A stretch of 64,000 bases of DNA from a virus. Within the stretch, counting starts at the first letter, position 1. Each line of letters starts with the position of its first letter. The position numbers and the translations under genes are program-made. The notes under the pieces were generated by a model. That model made no database searches. It was not told the DNA's origin and saw only the letters and a list, made by a program, of their open reading frames with translations. This document shows positions 46,001 to 55,991 of the stretch, in pieces. The stretch lies in IMG/VR virus record IMGVR_UViG_3300034103_001746, positions 1 through 64,000 of that record; one strand, 5' to 3'.

Positions 46001-49000
46001 CTGTTGAAACTAATATTAATGCTAATTTTAATGTATTATTAACTAATACTTCATCACTTACTATTAATAATCCTATTATAGAATATAGACCCAATTTAAG
46101 AGCATATACTTATAGAGCAAATATTAGTGGAAATCCTGGTTATTATACGCCTTTCGTTAATATTAGCGTATCTCAACCTAGCGGATTATCTTATGCTTCT
46201 TATTCTTTATCCACCGGTATAGGATTGACAATACACAACAATATTTTTATTGATTCAGCAGAGCTTATTCAGCCCTTAACATTTGATATTAATAAAGACT
46301 GGTCATTTGATTTTTATATTAATGGAGGTGGTTCTGCACATAGAGAAGATGTGCCACCCAAAGTTTATTTGAGTAATACTCCTAATATTGGTATATATAA
46401 TACTAATGAAAGCGGTCCGCTAGAATATAGAATAGCATACAATTACAATAGTATCAATAAATATTGGAAAATCTCTGTAACAGGTAAAAGAGATTTATTT
46501 GGAGAATCTGCGGTTAGTACAGGCAATTATCCAATATATATATATGCTGAAGATTACACAGGACATATTTATGGAACAATTAATACGAATGTCACTGGTG
46601 GCTTATATCTTAAAAATATAAACACTAATAAATATGCTACTCCTAACAATGCATTTGAGTTTAATGCTGATGTTGGTGGAGCAGAATACGGACAGGCTCC
46701 ATCGTTATCTATTCCAGAAAACTTAAAAGAAGCACTTATTATTCCCACACGCACATATTATAAATACGATCCAGACATTAAAATTTGGGAAGCGTCTTAT
46801 AGTTGCTCTCCATTAACAGAAAAATGGGACGCGTCTGTTTCATTAGAAAATAATAATTTATTAGTTAAAGCTAAAGGTATTTTAGCGGATAAATTGTATG
46901 TGGCTGGGAGAATTACTACCGTTGAAACAGAAAATACTTTAAGTGTTTTTAAGCCATTAAATATTAAAAGTTTAAATGCTCTATATGAAGTTGAAGAAGG
47001 TTCTGCGTGGGATTTTACATTTATAACCGAAGGTGGTCTCGAAGACAGTAAATATCCTCCAGAAATTCAGTTATCAAATATGCCTACTGCGTGTACAGGA
47101 TATGATCCTAGAATACCTGATGCGTCTAATAATAGTTGTTTATTTACTAAACAGTGGATTCCCAGTAATAAAGAATGGATTTATAGATTTATTGGCTCTC
47201 CTATATGCTTATCTCAGGGCGAATTTAATGTTAATATTTTTGCTAGAGATAGAATTGGTGAAGCTACATATGGAACAGATAGTGCTAATACAATAATTAG
47301 ATATAGACCACTAGGTGATCATCCCTCGCCAAGTATTCAATCTATTTCAGATACATCATTATATCCCAAGTGTCAATTTTATCAATCTCCACAGGCTCCA
47401 TATAAAATTAATGTGCGTCAAACATGTCCTAGGCCAACAGGAATTACAGGATTAATTATATGGGGTTCATTGCCTTCAGGACTAACTATCTCTGATTCTA
47501 GAGCTGGTACATATACTCAGCCATATAGTGATTTAACAGGTGGTTTCATTACTATACAAGGATTTCCTACAACTTTTGCTAATGGTGGTCAATATTCTGA
47601 AAGATTAAATGTAGCTGTGGTAGATGCAAGAGGTAAATCTGGTGTTGTAAATAATATTACTTTTACTGACGTATCAGCCCCAATAGAGATTTCTCCAACA
47701 GATATATCAATTTATTTTGCCACGTCCGGTTACAGATCTACTCCAGCACTACCATCACAATTGTCTGGTACTGATATTATTAGCAATGAGTCTCAACATA
47801 TGTTAAGACCACCAGCAGTGCCATTTTCTATGGAATGTTTGAGTATTTTGCCACATAATAAATGTGTTTATTCTACTGGATTATATACTATAATTAATAG
47901 TAATAATATCAGACTAAGTGGCTACGGTACTAGTTCATCTTTGCCCTTTAGTAAACAAATTAGCAATAATCAAAAAATTTATGTAGAATTTGATGTTCAA
48001 GTACCCTCAATATTAAATAAAGAATATATAGCTACTAGAATTGATCAAAATACTATTCAAATCACAAGTAGTGGACACGGAATCAATACTTCTATATCTG
48101 GTTTGGCTAAAATATTAAAAACAGAAGGTAATATACAAACAATTTCTGTTAATAGTGCTGTTTATGGCGGAAATCCAACAATGACAGTTTCAGATATTAC
48201 CACAACTGGTTTATTAGGCGGTGGTGAGTTTAAAACAGTGAATTTTACTAGGGGTTTTGCAGGAAGAATGAAGCCATCGGTATACGCTACATTGGCATCG
48301 GGTGTTAATAGGACGAATAGTTTACACCTAGAAGACTTCAACATATCGGCAATACCCGGAGAAAATACTAATCCATATATTATTAAATTTACTAATTGTT
48401 ATGAGACAGGTTATTTTAGAGTCAGTGGAATCGTATTACCCACCCCGTCCTTAGACAGCACCGATCCTCCGCCCGGCGGCGGTAACAACTACTCATACAA
48501 TGATGGTGGTGCTATTGCTGTTGCTATTAGAACCTCTTATGGGTCAACAGAGTCTCAGAAATCTAATTCATTAAACGCTAGATCTTTGGGTGTTAATTAT
48601 CAAATTTTTAATATTACCAATAATTCTATATTAGAATCTGGTAATCTTAATACTAATAATAGTGGCATAACTAGTTTTTCCTTTATTCCTCCTAATTTAA
48701 GTAGTGGAGCTGTTTATAGTTTGTATTTACAGCATCTATCCAATCAAGCGTTCCCCACATATAATAAATTTGCTACTCCCTCTTTGCAAAATGTTTATTA
48801 TTGGGTACATAAGGCTGGTGCAAACGATGGAACGCCAGTTGCGACATCTTTTCCATCAGTAATTCCAGTAGAAGATAAATCTTTATTATTTGTGAGTGGT
48901 AATAATATTAGTAATGAAATGCGATTTGTGGGCGGGTATATTCCTAAAAATACTCTATCATTTCCTTATGGGCAATGGGCTTATTCTGAATATATTCCAC

Positions 49001-50298
49001 ATATTACAGGATATATACAAAAAACTATACCAGAAATTAAGTATGCTGGTACATATATACAAAATTTTAATAGTTCTGATTTATATTTAAATATTCCAAA
49101 TAATCCATTTATTAGTGGAAATAGGATTGGTGTTCAATTTACTTCGTATCCAGGATATACTAGTTTACCAACATCTTCTACAGGCTTGGTTTTAACAGAT
49201 GTGACTGGGAATATAATTTTATTAAGAAATGCTATTTCTCCAATATGGGGTACTAGAAGCGGAACCTTAAGTGCTTATGATATATTTGCAATCAGTTCCG
49301 GAGAAATTAGCAATCAAATTAAAATTATACACAGAACTGGTCTAGCAAATGAATTTGTTGTTAATAGACATATTGACTTAATAAATATGGCCGACTCCAC
49401 GACTTCTGTTCAAGGTAATATTTTTCCAAATCCATATAGACTACATATTATCTCTGGAACACCAACTCAATCATATGCTGCTGTTGGTTCTTTAGTATTC
49501 AGCGGTACGTTAACTAGCGGCAGCCCCACTATTACTAATTGTAGTGTTAATCCTTTAAATATCTTATATACAGGGGTTAAATTATCTAGTCCTACTCATA
49601 ATATACCTAGCAATAATCTAGTATCTTCGATTACTGCTAATAGTATTACATTAACATCAAATTATAGCGGAGTAACAAGTAATAATGTATTGATATACTA
49701 TAGTGGCTATAACATATCCGGTTACTATTCTAACATATTAAACAGCAATGGCACAGGACTATGTGAGGCTAGATACAGCATATATCGGTCAAATAATTTG
49801 CCTGAAATAGCATTTAGTTCAGGAATAGGAGTTAATGCTAATGGTCAGTCTAGATTTGCTGTTACTGGGATTCCTTTGTCTATAGGATCATATACATATA
49901 GAGTAATGACTTCTGAAAATTCGGGCCTTCCATTAGTTACTGGAACAACACAGTGGCCAGCTAAAAAGTATGGTAAAGACTATCCATTAACCATTACCAT
50001 TCCACCAACCATCGTAGCTCCTTCAGCCACAGTATCTTTAGTTAATAATTCTTGGTCTTATAGTTTTGCTGTAACTGGAGGCTACTATCCTAGGTCTGGA
50101 AGTTTCTTAGAGGTTGAGTTAAATGGTTATATTCATACTTTTAATCGCTCTGATACAATAGTGTCCGATTCTGGATTATTAATAACACTTAGTTCTAAAC
50201 CAGGATTTAATTGGTCTGGTATATTCCAAAGTCCAGTAGCTCTTAAAGTGTATGATGAAACAGGATATGACTTAGAATATATTAATGCGGTATATTAA
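40069..50298 (+). CDS. giant 3409-aa virion fibre/appendage protein
   Basis: short collagen GxY run, GTYTKVT..KG repeats, GLDADLLDG, YadA-like SLSVGxNN repeats, Ig-like tandem segments. Confidence 0.75.
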   Translation: MTIVNVIEENNTTKYLIISQQKDPSTLITTRVAITDNANNTIKLVDIQRGPQGEPGPMGPAGPAGQDAITFELLPIISGGTNNTIFTNDKIIYYDGSKLSSTNYSINDLLAISNADAITGIIPNTGLSKITNGSTVILNTNLGDGLTVDNSNNIIVDDTIARRVELTVGNISGILGINKGGTNNSVFNTNRLVYFDGSKLTSFPLDTGRIVTSGSTINIIAGSGLIGGGGLSLPSGSVVINIGSSEDILVAENTIELSITGVPGTYTKVTTDTKGRIVSGTFLTQQDIIDILGYIPWNPNNDGENSGLDADLLDGQDGSYYLNFSNFTGTIQTNVLPSNTVPGTYSKVTVSDKGLVLNGDNINYADVVTALGYRPVSVSGDTINGDLDIIGNVDISNGSLTLEDNLPIFAYDNASLLPNDPRGFSFVYGNTFKQTGILAYYPADNQLKLITDIFGTGTNDLGGGNSENNFNGEIDGGNSSSIYLLGNMQGDEAIVLLQHIADQRYISLTASQIISGIKTFSDSVNIFKYVNIVQGTGYSGPPIFVGGNSGLITNLNSDLLDSNHGAYYRNAVNLTGVLDYNNTTVSNISGITDYLPKFDNRTLGPSRTISNSIVKQSGASLIVVENGSLSVGSNNTVQGTNSLSVGANNRNNNTNTLSVGINNLTNANNSVAINNGSQTTAQNSLAMGSYGTTWLQNQISIGAFEELNPNDNITRIGLGQHSTAAIGYNGVTNGSYQNLSPLITIPNNKTILYNIDLLFTKLGGSGAAAFSFASGIAKNVNGASYILQNHSKSELYNDSQLREYIYAIRVGSATNQNQILSVEKPPLKNNLLEIQNLSSINRIRPELTEISGYFYKTFDGRILLQMNKPISSGWFEQYEDQFIIKVKSYNHGAVTGCIVNTQYTSGILFKPPSSGHLVKYVYNKDEFGISDYFWRGHYKNGFIDILNNDITSIDSANKFIFSGNLSNLSNNITNCSPSLNGNLSSGMPLYFAGAGFSGTPVVTSVSGTTVTLNIPYTGSNSNDRVFEFNQYSYYRFSRSKSVFIDDILSNYNLAIDKTGEVIVTSSGIKIGTSGFTGPITISPLLVCPTINNSGRLICTHKRSYDGRYTRSSALFTPYYSSYIQYPSTNNFGLIDIKTNSLIQSFAPNYNPYIKFLSATNAFSGVLTSGSNIITNCSPVQSGKIISGMILSSSVSGFPLNNIVAISPTGSSITMTLPFSGINTTGLIVYSGNLPPTDNYYKAQTLYNGSGLQVERLYSSGTGYYLTGEAIVYPDYGVANLAISLFDIANFSEKELTYIKFNSASNGLIPVSDNYYTSGVSESAFSIRTLHLMPDSGVSSTGLLVSTFDKDHGFVQPASLSNYLQQIPSVFSAPSKYIVTSGSSASFYTGDNPSNRIPKNSIFDIISVTGDYIIINDNKNYLIKESNNVPFFDIYQTTSYIRDTNNNTIELSFNKNYLQVHDQIYCSFNSLNGQDQQFRITGIDTSLNKYYARPVSGSVTGLNSSGSLSYIGASSGYIYSPINNLSFHLYGGKSESWGRDSTGKYVNPPLTGFFRVYDSPFLCKSGTLCIHISGINDFSPINSGQYFYFDFIDMVNSPLIGIFGVHDKINNNILTLNIPYNNNYINQSGLVYVIDSLENIKTNKHPNYDNSFSSAALFTTNNNPGVYTHNLLRYNDANNRWKYFIGLKNNLNPNKYTETFTIGLDSQWTSQQTRFIVFTPEDLSCSIQYSIDNVNYIDISNNTMSIPSGVSLRLKVITKNGAGYWSTTVNESAPRVNIIGIANYEIVDNEKTYNAALGQWEIIVRCGTINTLTNNKPITITVSDESDRVYKNLFLTVTQPLSSSDLSNVGYGYVGGSYWRVLFEVYGGNLSEAQTPNISLISQGYPEFATAYSTVEYLGYPSGWYGVLIQGSPGSTTGVFNPVVAINDGSTTIYKTGTLIVRPGAGPIQQYSIVPRTFNNNIVNKYLNTDINDFGFLIPVETNINANFNVLLTNTSSLTINNPIIEYRPNLRAYTYRANISGNPGYYTPFVNISVSQPSGLSYASYSLSTGIGLTIHNNIFIDSAELIQPLTFDINKDWSFDFYINGGGSAHREDVPPKVYLSNTPNIGIYNTNESGPLEYRIAYNYNSINKYWKISVTGKRDLFGESAVSTGNYPIYIYAEDYTGHIYGTINTNVTGGLYLKNINTNKYATPNNAFEFNADVGGAEYGQAPSLSIPENLKEALIIPTRTYYKYDPDIKIWEASYSCSPLTEKWDASVSLENNNLLVKAKGILADKLYVAGRITTVETENTLSVFKPLNIKSLNALYEVEEGSAWDFTFITEGGLEDSKYPPEIQLSNMPTACTGYDPRIPDASNNSCLFTKQWIPSNKEWIYRFIGSPICLSQGEFNVNIFARDRIGEATYGTDSANTIIRYRPLGDHPSPSIQSISDTSLYPKCQFYQSPQAPYKINVRQTCPRPTGITGLIIWGSLPSGLTISDSRAGTYTQPYSDLTGGFITIQGFPTTFANGGQYSERLNVAVVDARGKSGVVNNITFTDVSAPIEISPTDISIYFATSGYRSTPALPSQLSGTDIISNESQHMLRPPAVPFSMECLSILPHNKCVYSTGLYTIINSNNIRLSGYGTSSSLPFSKQISNNQKIYVEFDVQVPSILNKEYIATRIDQNTIQITSSGHGINTSISGLAKILKTEGNIQTISVNSAVYGGNPTMTVSDITTTGLLGGGEFKTVNFTRGFAGRMKPSVYATLASGVNRTNSLHLEDFNISAIPGENTNPYIIKFTNCYETGYFRVSGIVLPTPSLDSTDPPPGGGNNYSYNDGGAIAVAIRTSYGSTESQKSNSLNARSLGVNYQIFNITNNSILESGNLNTNNSGITSFSFIPPNLSSGAVYSLYLQHLSNQAFPTYNKFATPSLQNVYYWVHKAGANDGTPVATSFPSVIPVEDKSLLFVSGNNISNEMRFVGGYIPKNTLSFPYGQWAYSEYIPHITGYIQKTIPEIKYAGTYIQNFNSSDLYLNIPNNPFISGNRIGVQFTSYPGYTSLPTSSTGLVLTDVTGNIILLRNAISPIWGTRSGTLSAYDIFAISSGEISNQIKIIHRTGLANEFVVNRHIDLINMADSTTSVQGNIFPNPYRLHIISGTPTQSYAAVGSLVFSGTLTSGSPTITNCSVNPLNILYTGVKLSSPTHNIPSNNLVSSITANSITLTSNYSGVTSNNVLIYYSGYNISGYYSNILNSNGTGLCEARYSIYRSNNLPEIAFSSGIGVNANGQSRFAVTGIPLSIGSYTYRVMTSENSGLPLVTGTTQWPAKKYGKDYPLTITIPPTIVAPSATVSLVNNSWSYSFAVTGGYYPRSGSFLEVELNGYIHTFNRSDTIVSDSGLLITLSSKPGFNWSGIFQSPVALKVYDETGYDLEYINAVY

Positions 50299-50300
50299 TT

Positions 50301-51446
50301 ATGGCTAATATTATAGTTCAAACACCTCCGCAAAATGTTTTAGTAATCAATCAGTCTACCGATGGTAATTCTGATGGTGTGATTACTACCAATGTAAATA
50401 TTAACGATAATTTGCATAATTTTATTTCTTTAATTAGTGTTGATAGGGGTTTGCCCGGATTACCTGGGCCACAAGGACCGCCCGGCCCACCTGGTCTTAG
50501 TGTTATTGGACCTCAAGGACCACAAGGCATCCAGGGTTTGTCGGGTGTGCAAGGGCCCCCAGGAAGCGGCATCAATCAACTTAAAATTAACAATGTATTA
50601 ACATTAAGCGATCAATTTTCTAATCTTAATATTTTGGGTAGTGGCGGAATTTTTATTAATACAACATCCTCTGGTCTGTCTATTGGATCCATAATTCCCG
50701 CACCATTAAATCATGATCATTATGCTGCTAATATTATTGGTATACAAGAATATATAGATGACAGAATAGACACTTTATTACAACCAGGGACCGGTATATA
50801 TTTCAACTATAATGATCAACTAGATATATTAAATATTAATATTACTGGTTTAAAAATAGGTCAAGATGTTCAGGCTTTTAGTAGTGGTTTATTAAATTTG
50901 GCTAATTTATCCACCACCAGTGGAGACTATATTTACGCTACTGGTAACCAACAATATACTACTGGTAGAATATCGTCCGCTGGTAGAGCATTAATAGATG
51001 ATTTAACTTCAACAGATCAAAGATCCACTTTGGGTTTAGGTTCAATAGCCACTTTATCTTCTGGTGATTTTGCCAGAATAATAGGAGATAATAATTTTAA
51101 TGGTAGTCAATCTTTTTCTGACGGTTCCTTAAGCAGATTTTCTTCATATAATAATATTATAAGTGCATCTAGCTATAATATTCAACAGTCAGATAATGGC
51201 AATGTTTTAGTCTTTACGGCAAATAGTGTAGTTAATGTTGTGGTTCCATCTAATTTATTGGTAGGATTTAATTGTTTATTGGTACAAACCGGAAATGGAC
51301 AAGTTAGATTAAGTGGAATTAATTTAGTCAATAGAATTGGACACACAAAATTAGTTGGACAATATTCTATAGCAACATTGGTTAAACCCACAGCTAATTT
51401 GACAGTATTAAGTGGAGATACAACTAGCAGTAATAATAGTGGATAA
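50301..51446 (+). CDS. collagen-repeat fibre protein
   Basis: GLPGLPGPQGPPGPPG..GPQGPQGIQG; QRSTLGLG motif. Confidence 0.75.
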   Translation: MANIIVQTPPQNVLVINQSTDGNSDGVITTNVNINDNLHNFISLISVDRGLPGLPGPQGPPGPPGLSVIGPQGPQGIQGLSGVQGPPGSGINQLKINNVLTLSDQFSNLNILGSGGIFINTTSSGLSIGSIIPAPLNHDHYAANIIGIQEYIDDRIDTLLQPGTGIYFNYNDQLDILNINITGLKIGQDVQAFSSGLLNLANLSTTSGDYIYATGNQQYTTGRISSAGRALIDDLTSTDQRSTLGLGSIATLSSGDFARIIGDNNFNGSQSFSDGSLSRFSSYNNIISASSYNIQQSDNGNVLVFTANSVVNVVVPSNLLVGFNCLLVQTGNGQVRLSGINLVNRIGHTKLVGQYSIATLVKPTANLTVLSGDTTSSNNSG

Positions 51447-51450
51447 AATC

Positions 51451-51732
51451 ATGATATTACCACCATTTTTCGGATCAGCAACAAAATCTGATGATAGAAG
51501 TTGGGAAAGTATGAGATGTTCTTATATTGGTATAGATACTTTGATTTTTCCTTTACCGGAACTTTTTATAAGACTGTCTTATCTTGGAATGGATTGTTTA
51601 AACTTTAAATTACCAGATAAACTAATCAATATGACATATGGCGCCATAGACACTATGACATACGAACTACCAAATAAAAAATTGCATTATACATATATTG
51701 GAATAGATTTATTAACATATGAGGTGCTATAA
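51451..51732 (+). CDS. small hypothetical protein with internal YxGxD repeats (likely start MILPPF)
   Basis: SYIGID, SYLGMD, TYGAID, TYIGID. Confidence 0.55.
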   Translation: MILPPFFGSATKSDDRSWESMRCSYIGIDTLIFPLPELFIRLSYLGMDCLNFKLPDKLINMTYGAIDTMTYELPNKKLHYTYIGIDLLTYEVL

Positions 51733-53165
51733 TGTCTACACTATTTTTTGAAGGGTTTAATCTTAAAAATACCGACAATACTATTTATTTAGACCCAAGA
51801 TATTGGAGTAGACCATTGAACGTTGTACCAGAAGTAACTTTTTGCGAGCTTCCTAATTTTAGTATTTGGCCCGCATATCGAATAGGAACCCAAGGACACA
51901 TTAAAATCTCTGGATATCGACTAGATTCTAATCCAGCGCAAAGTCCCACACCTCTGCAATTAAGTGGGGTTTCGGAACTGAATAGTGATAAAGTTTATAT
52001 TAGTTTTCGTGTTCAAGGTTTAACACATAATTATATATACAATAATACTCACCCCTATGCTGCAAAATTTTTTACCTTATGTAATGGAGATAGTGAAAGT
52101 TTAAGTTTTGAAACTGTAAGCATTAGCGGCGCCACTATTCAAGGAGGATCGTGGGGAAGCGCTGCTAATGTAAGTATGGGTATTTCTGTTAAGCAGTCTG
52201 GTAATCAGATTGGATTATTTGATTTTAGGGTTGGAGGCATAAGTGCTTATGGCATGATGGACAGATCAGCATATCATCCTGGAGGATTTCACCCATATTG
52301 GCCAATAGCAATAATCGACGATGCGGAATTAAGTAGGTTTGTACATTTAGAATTTCTGATAGATCGTACTACCAATATAGTTAATCTAAAAATAGAAGGA
52401 TTTGATGTATTAAATAGGCTGACAGCTCCATATACTTCTAATGTTAGTGGTCAAGCTTTTGATGTTATCAATAATATTAAATTTTATCCTATCGGCATAA
52501 CTTCTAATGTAATGAACACTAATTGTTCTTGGTCCTACTATGGATTAAATGGTGGAAGTTTAGCTATAGACGATCTTGTTATCGTAAATAATAGTGGAGC
52601 AAATCCTAAAACTTGGATTGGTCCAAAAAGCAGAATATATCATATGAAGCCCATGTCATGGTATGGGACTCCAGAGGCAATGCAAGTTGTTGGGGTTCAG
52701 TTTACTGCTGGTCCAGATCATGGGCTAGCTGATTGGCTACCTACTCCAAGTTATCCAGGCGTTCCTAATTTGGGTTCTAATATAATTACGTCTAGCGACG
52801 GAGACAATAGTTTTATTAGTACTGAAAGAAGTGGAGCAATAGCTGCTTCTAGACCACAGCTAGTTGGAGACTATAATAGTTTTTATCTTAATGGCATAGG
52901 TGGAATCAGAATATATAATGATGTTAGAAAAACATTTTTAGATAGTGATTTTGTAAATGTATATGGCACAGGAGACAGAATGACTTCTGGTAATTATCAA
53001 AATATTGGTCCCATACATACAGTATCAGGCGCGTTCTATGATTTAAAAAATTCTTTTATATTTAATAATCCAGAGACGAATACTCCATGGACATCTGGCA
53101 CATTTTTTAGGGTAGAAAATAATTCTGTGAAGGTGTCGGGATATTTTGGGGTTAAAAAATTATGA
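51732..53165 (+). CDS. virion-associated protein (lectin-like fold possible)
   Basis: LFFEGF start, IDDL motif, NPETNTPWT end. Confidence 0.55.
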   Translation: MSTLFFEGFNLKNTDNTIYLDPRYWSRPLNVVPEVTFCELPNFSIWPAYRIGTQGHIKISGYRLDSNPAQSPTPLQLSGVSELNSDKVYISFRVQGLTHNYIYNNTHPYAAKFFTLCNGDSESLSFETVSISGATIQGGSWGSAANVSMGISVKQSGNQIGLFDFRVGGISAYGMMDRSAYHPGGFHPYWPIAIIDDAELSRFVHLEFLIDRTTNIVNLKIEGFDVLNRLTAPYTSNVSGQAFDVINNIKFYPIGITSNVMNTNCSWSYYGLNGGSLAIDDLVIVNNSGANPKTWIGPKSRIYHMKPMSWYGTPEAMQVVGVQFTAGPDHGLADWLPTPSYPGVPNLGSNIITSSDGDNSFISTERSGAIAASRPQLVGDYNSFYLNGIGGIRIYNDVRKTFLDSDFVNVYGTGDRMTSGNYQNIGPIHTVSGAFYDLKNSFIFNNPETNTPWTSGTFFRVENNSVKVSGYFGVKKL

Positions 53166-53515
53166 AAGAAAGAATACGTTTAAGACGAGATAGTTCTTTT
53201 AATTGGTCTGTTAATAATCCAATTTTAGGTAGTGGCGAACCTGGTGTAGAACTGGATACTAATAGACTGAAAATTGGCAATGGAATTTCTGAGTGGAATA
53301 CTTTGCCATATATGCTTGGTAATATATCAGGATTACAATTAACTATTGGGAATGGACAAGTTAATAGTTTGTATTGGGATGCGGGTGAAAGACTAGATAT
53401 TGTTGGCTCCGGAGATACGCAAGTATATTTTAATGATATTAGTAATACTATTACAGTATATAGCAGTGGCTCATCTTTGGGTGCTATTACGCGCATAGAT
53501 GGTGGAACACCTTGA
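53162..53515 (+). CDS. short Mtd_N-like protein ending IDGGTP
   Basis: IRLRRD..W..NPILGSGEPGVELDT..KIGNG..W. Confidence 0.7.
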   Translation: MKERIRLRRDSSFNWSVNNPILGSGEPGVELDTNRLKIGNGISEWNTLPYMLGNISGLQLTIGNGQVNSLYWDAGERLDIVGSGDTQVYFNDISNTITVYSSGSSLGAITRIDGGTP

Positions 53516-53857
53516 TTCGTACTCGTACCAAGGCTCTTAGAATTTTAGGGGTCTAATCTTCTGAATTTAGTTGTTAGTTAATGTCGTTCAATGGGATTAA
53601 ATTATTATTGAAATATTCAGAATATCTCATTATTAATAAATGATTTTATTTTATTTAATAAAAAGTCTTATAATTTAAGATTAAATAACCATGTATATCT
53701 TTATAGATGTTGATGGTGTATCTCATCAAATAGACTTAGTAAGTTTAATCAATTTAATACTACAATACGGCCAAACCAGATCATTGCTTAATCAATAATC
53801 CGCTAATCAAAACTGAATTAAACAAGCATCTTCTATAGCAGAATTGGATAACATAAT

Positions 53858-54391
53858 ATGACAAACATATTTCATAATATATTCACAACAGATTTTAAAA
53901 ATGTTTTTAATAATGCTATTGATTCATTATTAGAAGAGAACGCATTAACGTTACCATGTAAATTAATATATGCGAACACCAACCCCATACTTTGCAATAA
54001 TTGTATTTTTGATGCTGTATCAAATCGTTCTTTAAATAAATACAATGGAACTGGACCATCTCCTTTTGGAGAATTTAGTATATGTCCAGTATGTAATGGT
54101 TTTGGTTTTGACTCATCAAATAAAGAGGAGCTAGTCCACTTGGCTGTGCTATTTGATAGCAAACATTGGTTTAATTGGAATTCTAAGTCTAATACAATCA
54201 GAATACCTGATGGTATGATTCAAACAATTTGTAAATCAGACCTATTACCTAAGATTAGAAATGCAGATAAAATTTTAATAGATACCAATAAAATAAATTA
54301 TGGATCCTATTATTATACCAGAGCAAACGATCCCGAGTTTGGTGGGTTTGGTGATACGCGATATATTTTTACCATGTGGCAGAGAGAGTAA
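53858..54391 (+). CDS. probable head-closure protein with CxxC motifs
   Basis: CNNC..CPVCNGFG; position in the neck module. Confidence 0.5.
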   Translation: MTNIFHNIFTTDFKNVFNNAIDSLLEENALTLPCKLIYANTNPILCNNCIFDAVSNRSLNKYNGTGPSPFGEFSICPVCNGFGFDSSNKEELVHLAVLFDSKHWFNWNSKSNTIRIPDGMIQTICKSDLLPKIRNADKILIDTNKINYGSYYYTRANDPEFGGFGDTRYIFTMWQRE

Positions 54392-55035
54392 TGAAAGTAT
54401 CGTTTAATCTAGTAGATAGTGATAGTGTTATTCAAAAACAAATTTTAGATTTGCTTAGAAATAATATGGACATTGCTTTCAAAAAAGCTTTACCTAAAAT
54501 TAAAGATAGAATCAAAAAAGAAGTAAGAGACGCCCTTACTGCTGAACCAGAATACCAATCTCTAATATCTGGAAAATTAAAATATGAATTTGGTATTTCG
54601 TCAAACCAAAAGATAGAATCTATCATAGATATTTGGATAAATAATATTATGGTAAATTATACTGGTATTAAAAGTGGTACAAGAGGCTTAAACGGTAGTT
54701 TATCTTTAAATATGATAAAATCATCTTATGATGATGTACTGGCCAATGATGGAGCTGTTGTTATAGATAGTAGTTCTGGAGCCGTGCTACCTTGGTTAGA
54801 GTGGTTATTATTATATGGCGGTAAAATTATTGTAAGAGATTATAGAGTACAAATTGGTCCTAATGCTAGATCTAGAACCGGTATGGCTATTATGGTACAA
54901 TCTAGTGGAAATAATTGGAGGGTTCCACCAGAATTTGCAGGAACAGCATCTAATAACTGGGTAACTAGAGCACTAGATAAAATTGATAACAAAATTAGCA
55001 ATATATTAGAAACAGAACTGGAGAAAGCTATATGA
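54391..55035 (+). CDS. probable neck/tail-completion protein (likely start MKVSF)
   Basis: TAATG coupling; position. Confidence 0.5.
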   Translation: MKVSFNLVDSDSVIQKQILDLLRNNMDIAFKKALPKIKDRIKKEVRDALTAEPEYQSLISGKLKYEFGISSNQKIESIIDIWINNIMVNYTGIKSGTRGLNGSLSLNMIKSSYDDVLANDGAVVIDSSSGAVLPWLEWLLLYGGKIIVRDYRVQIGPNARSRTGMAIMVQSSGNNWRVPPEFAGTASNNWVTRALDKIDNKISNILETELEKAI

Positions 55036-55991
55036 GTTGTGAAGATTATACTCGTTTTAATAATGTTTCTAATATAGGTCAACATTTTTTAATTGAACAA
55101 CTAGAAGATAATTTAAAAAGTTTTTTAGACTGGGGCTTATTAAATATAGGCGCATTTGTAAATGTTGATATTCCAACTAGTGGTATTAATAGTAATTTGC
55201 CTCATCAGCTTAAACAGACCAATGATCCAGGGTTTGTGGCTGGCAGAGTATGGCAAACTTTTCGAAAAGATTTAGTATGGGAAACCGGAGTAAATTTTAA
55301 TGGATATAGTCCAAATAATATTTCTGGTATAAAAATTAATAATATTACATACCCAGCTCCAACCGGTAGTGGTTCTTATGGATATTATATTAATTATCCT
55401 ATGGGCAGGATTATTTTTAATACTCCCGTTGTAAACGCATCACCCACTATGGAATATAGCTATAGATGGTGTCAAGTATATAAAGCCAGTAGTTCTCCTT
55501 GGTGGACAGAATTACAAGGAGACTTATTAAACCCTAATCCTCAATTTGCTCAAAAGGATAAAGGAGATTTTAATATTACGGCCAACCAGAGAGTACAAAT
55601 GCCATGTATAATTATTGAGCCAATTTCTAGAAGTAATTCTACTCCATGGCAGCTTGGTGCTAATGATTTTATGATTAATCAAGATATTTTATTACATATT
55701 TTTACAGAAAGAGCATCTGATAAAAATACTTTAGCCGATATAATTAGATTACAAAAACATAAAACTATTTGGCTATATGATATTAGGAAAGTAGTTACAA
55801 GCGGAGCAAATGGTTTAGACCATAGAGGAGCACTAAATATTAATGGTAAAACATATCCAGATTTAGTTACGAACCCCGACTATAGATGGTATAAGTGCTT
55901 TTTTAGAGATATTAGCATATTAGACATGGAAACAGCGAACAACAGCCTTTTTTGGTGTACAATACGTTTGACCACAGAAGTTATTATCTAA
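55032..55991 (+). CDS. probable tail terminator
   Basis: MPCIIIE..QDILLHIF; directly before the tail tube gene. Confidence 0.5.
   Translation: MSCEDYTRFNNVSNIGQHFLIEQLEDNLKSFLDWGLLNIGAFVNVDIPTSGINSNLPHQLKQTNDPGFVAGRVWQTFRKDLVWETGVNFNGYSPNNISGIKINNITYPAPTGSGSYGYYINYPMGRIIFNTPVVNASPTMEYSYRWCQVYKASSSPWWTELQGDLLNPNPQFAQKDKGDFNITANQRVQMPCIIIEPISRSNSTPWQLGANDFMINQDILLHIFTERASDKNTLADIIRLQKHKTIWLYDIRKVVTSGANGLDHRGALNINGKTYPDLVTNPDYRWYKCFFRDISILDMETANNSLFWCTIRLTTEVII

Noticed and set aside
29310-53515. Diversity-generating retroelement suggested by the Mtd_N-like domains
   Set aside because: No reverse transcriptase and no template/variable repeat pair differing at adenines seen in the window.
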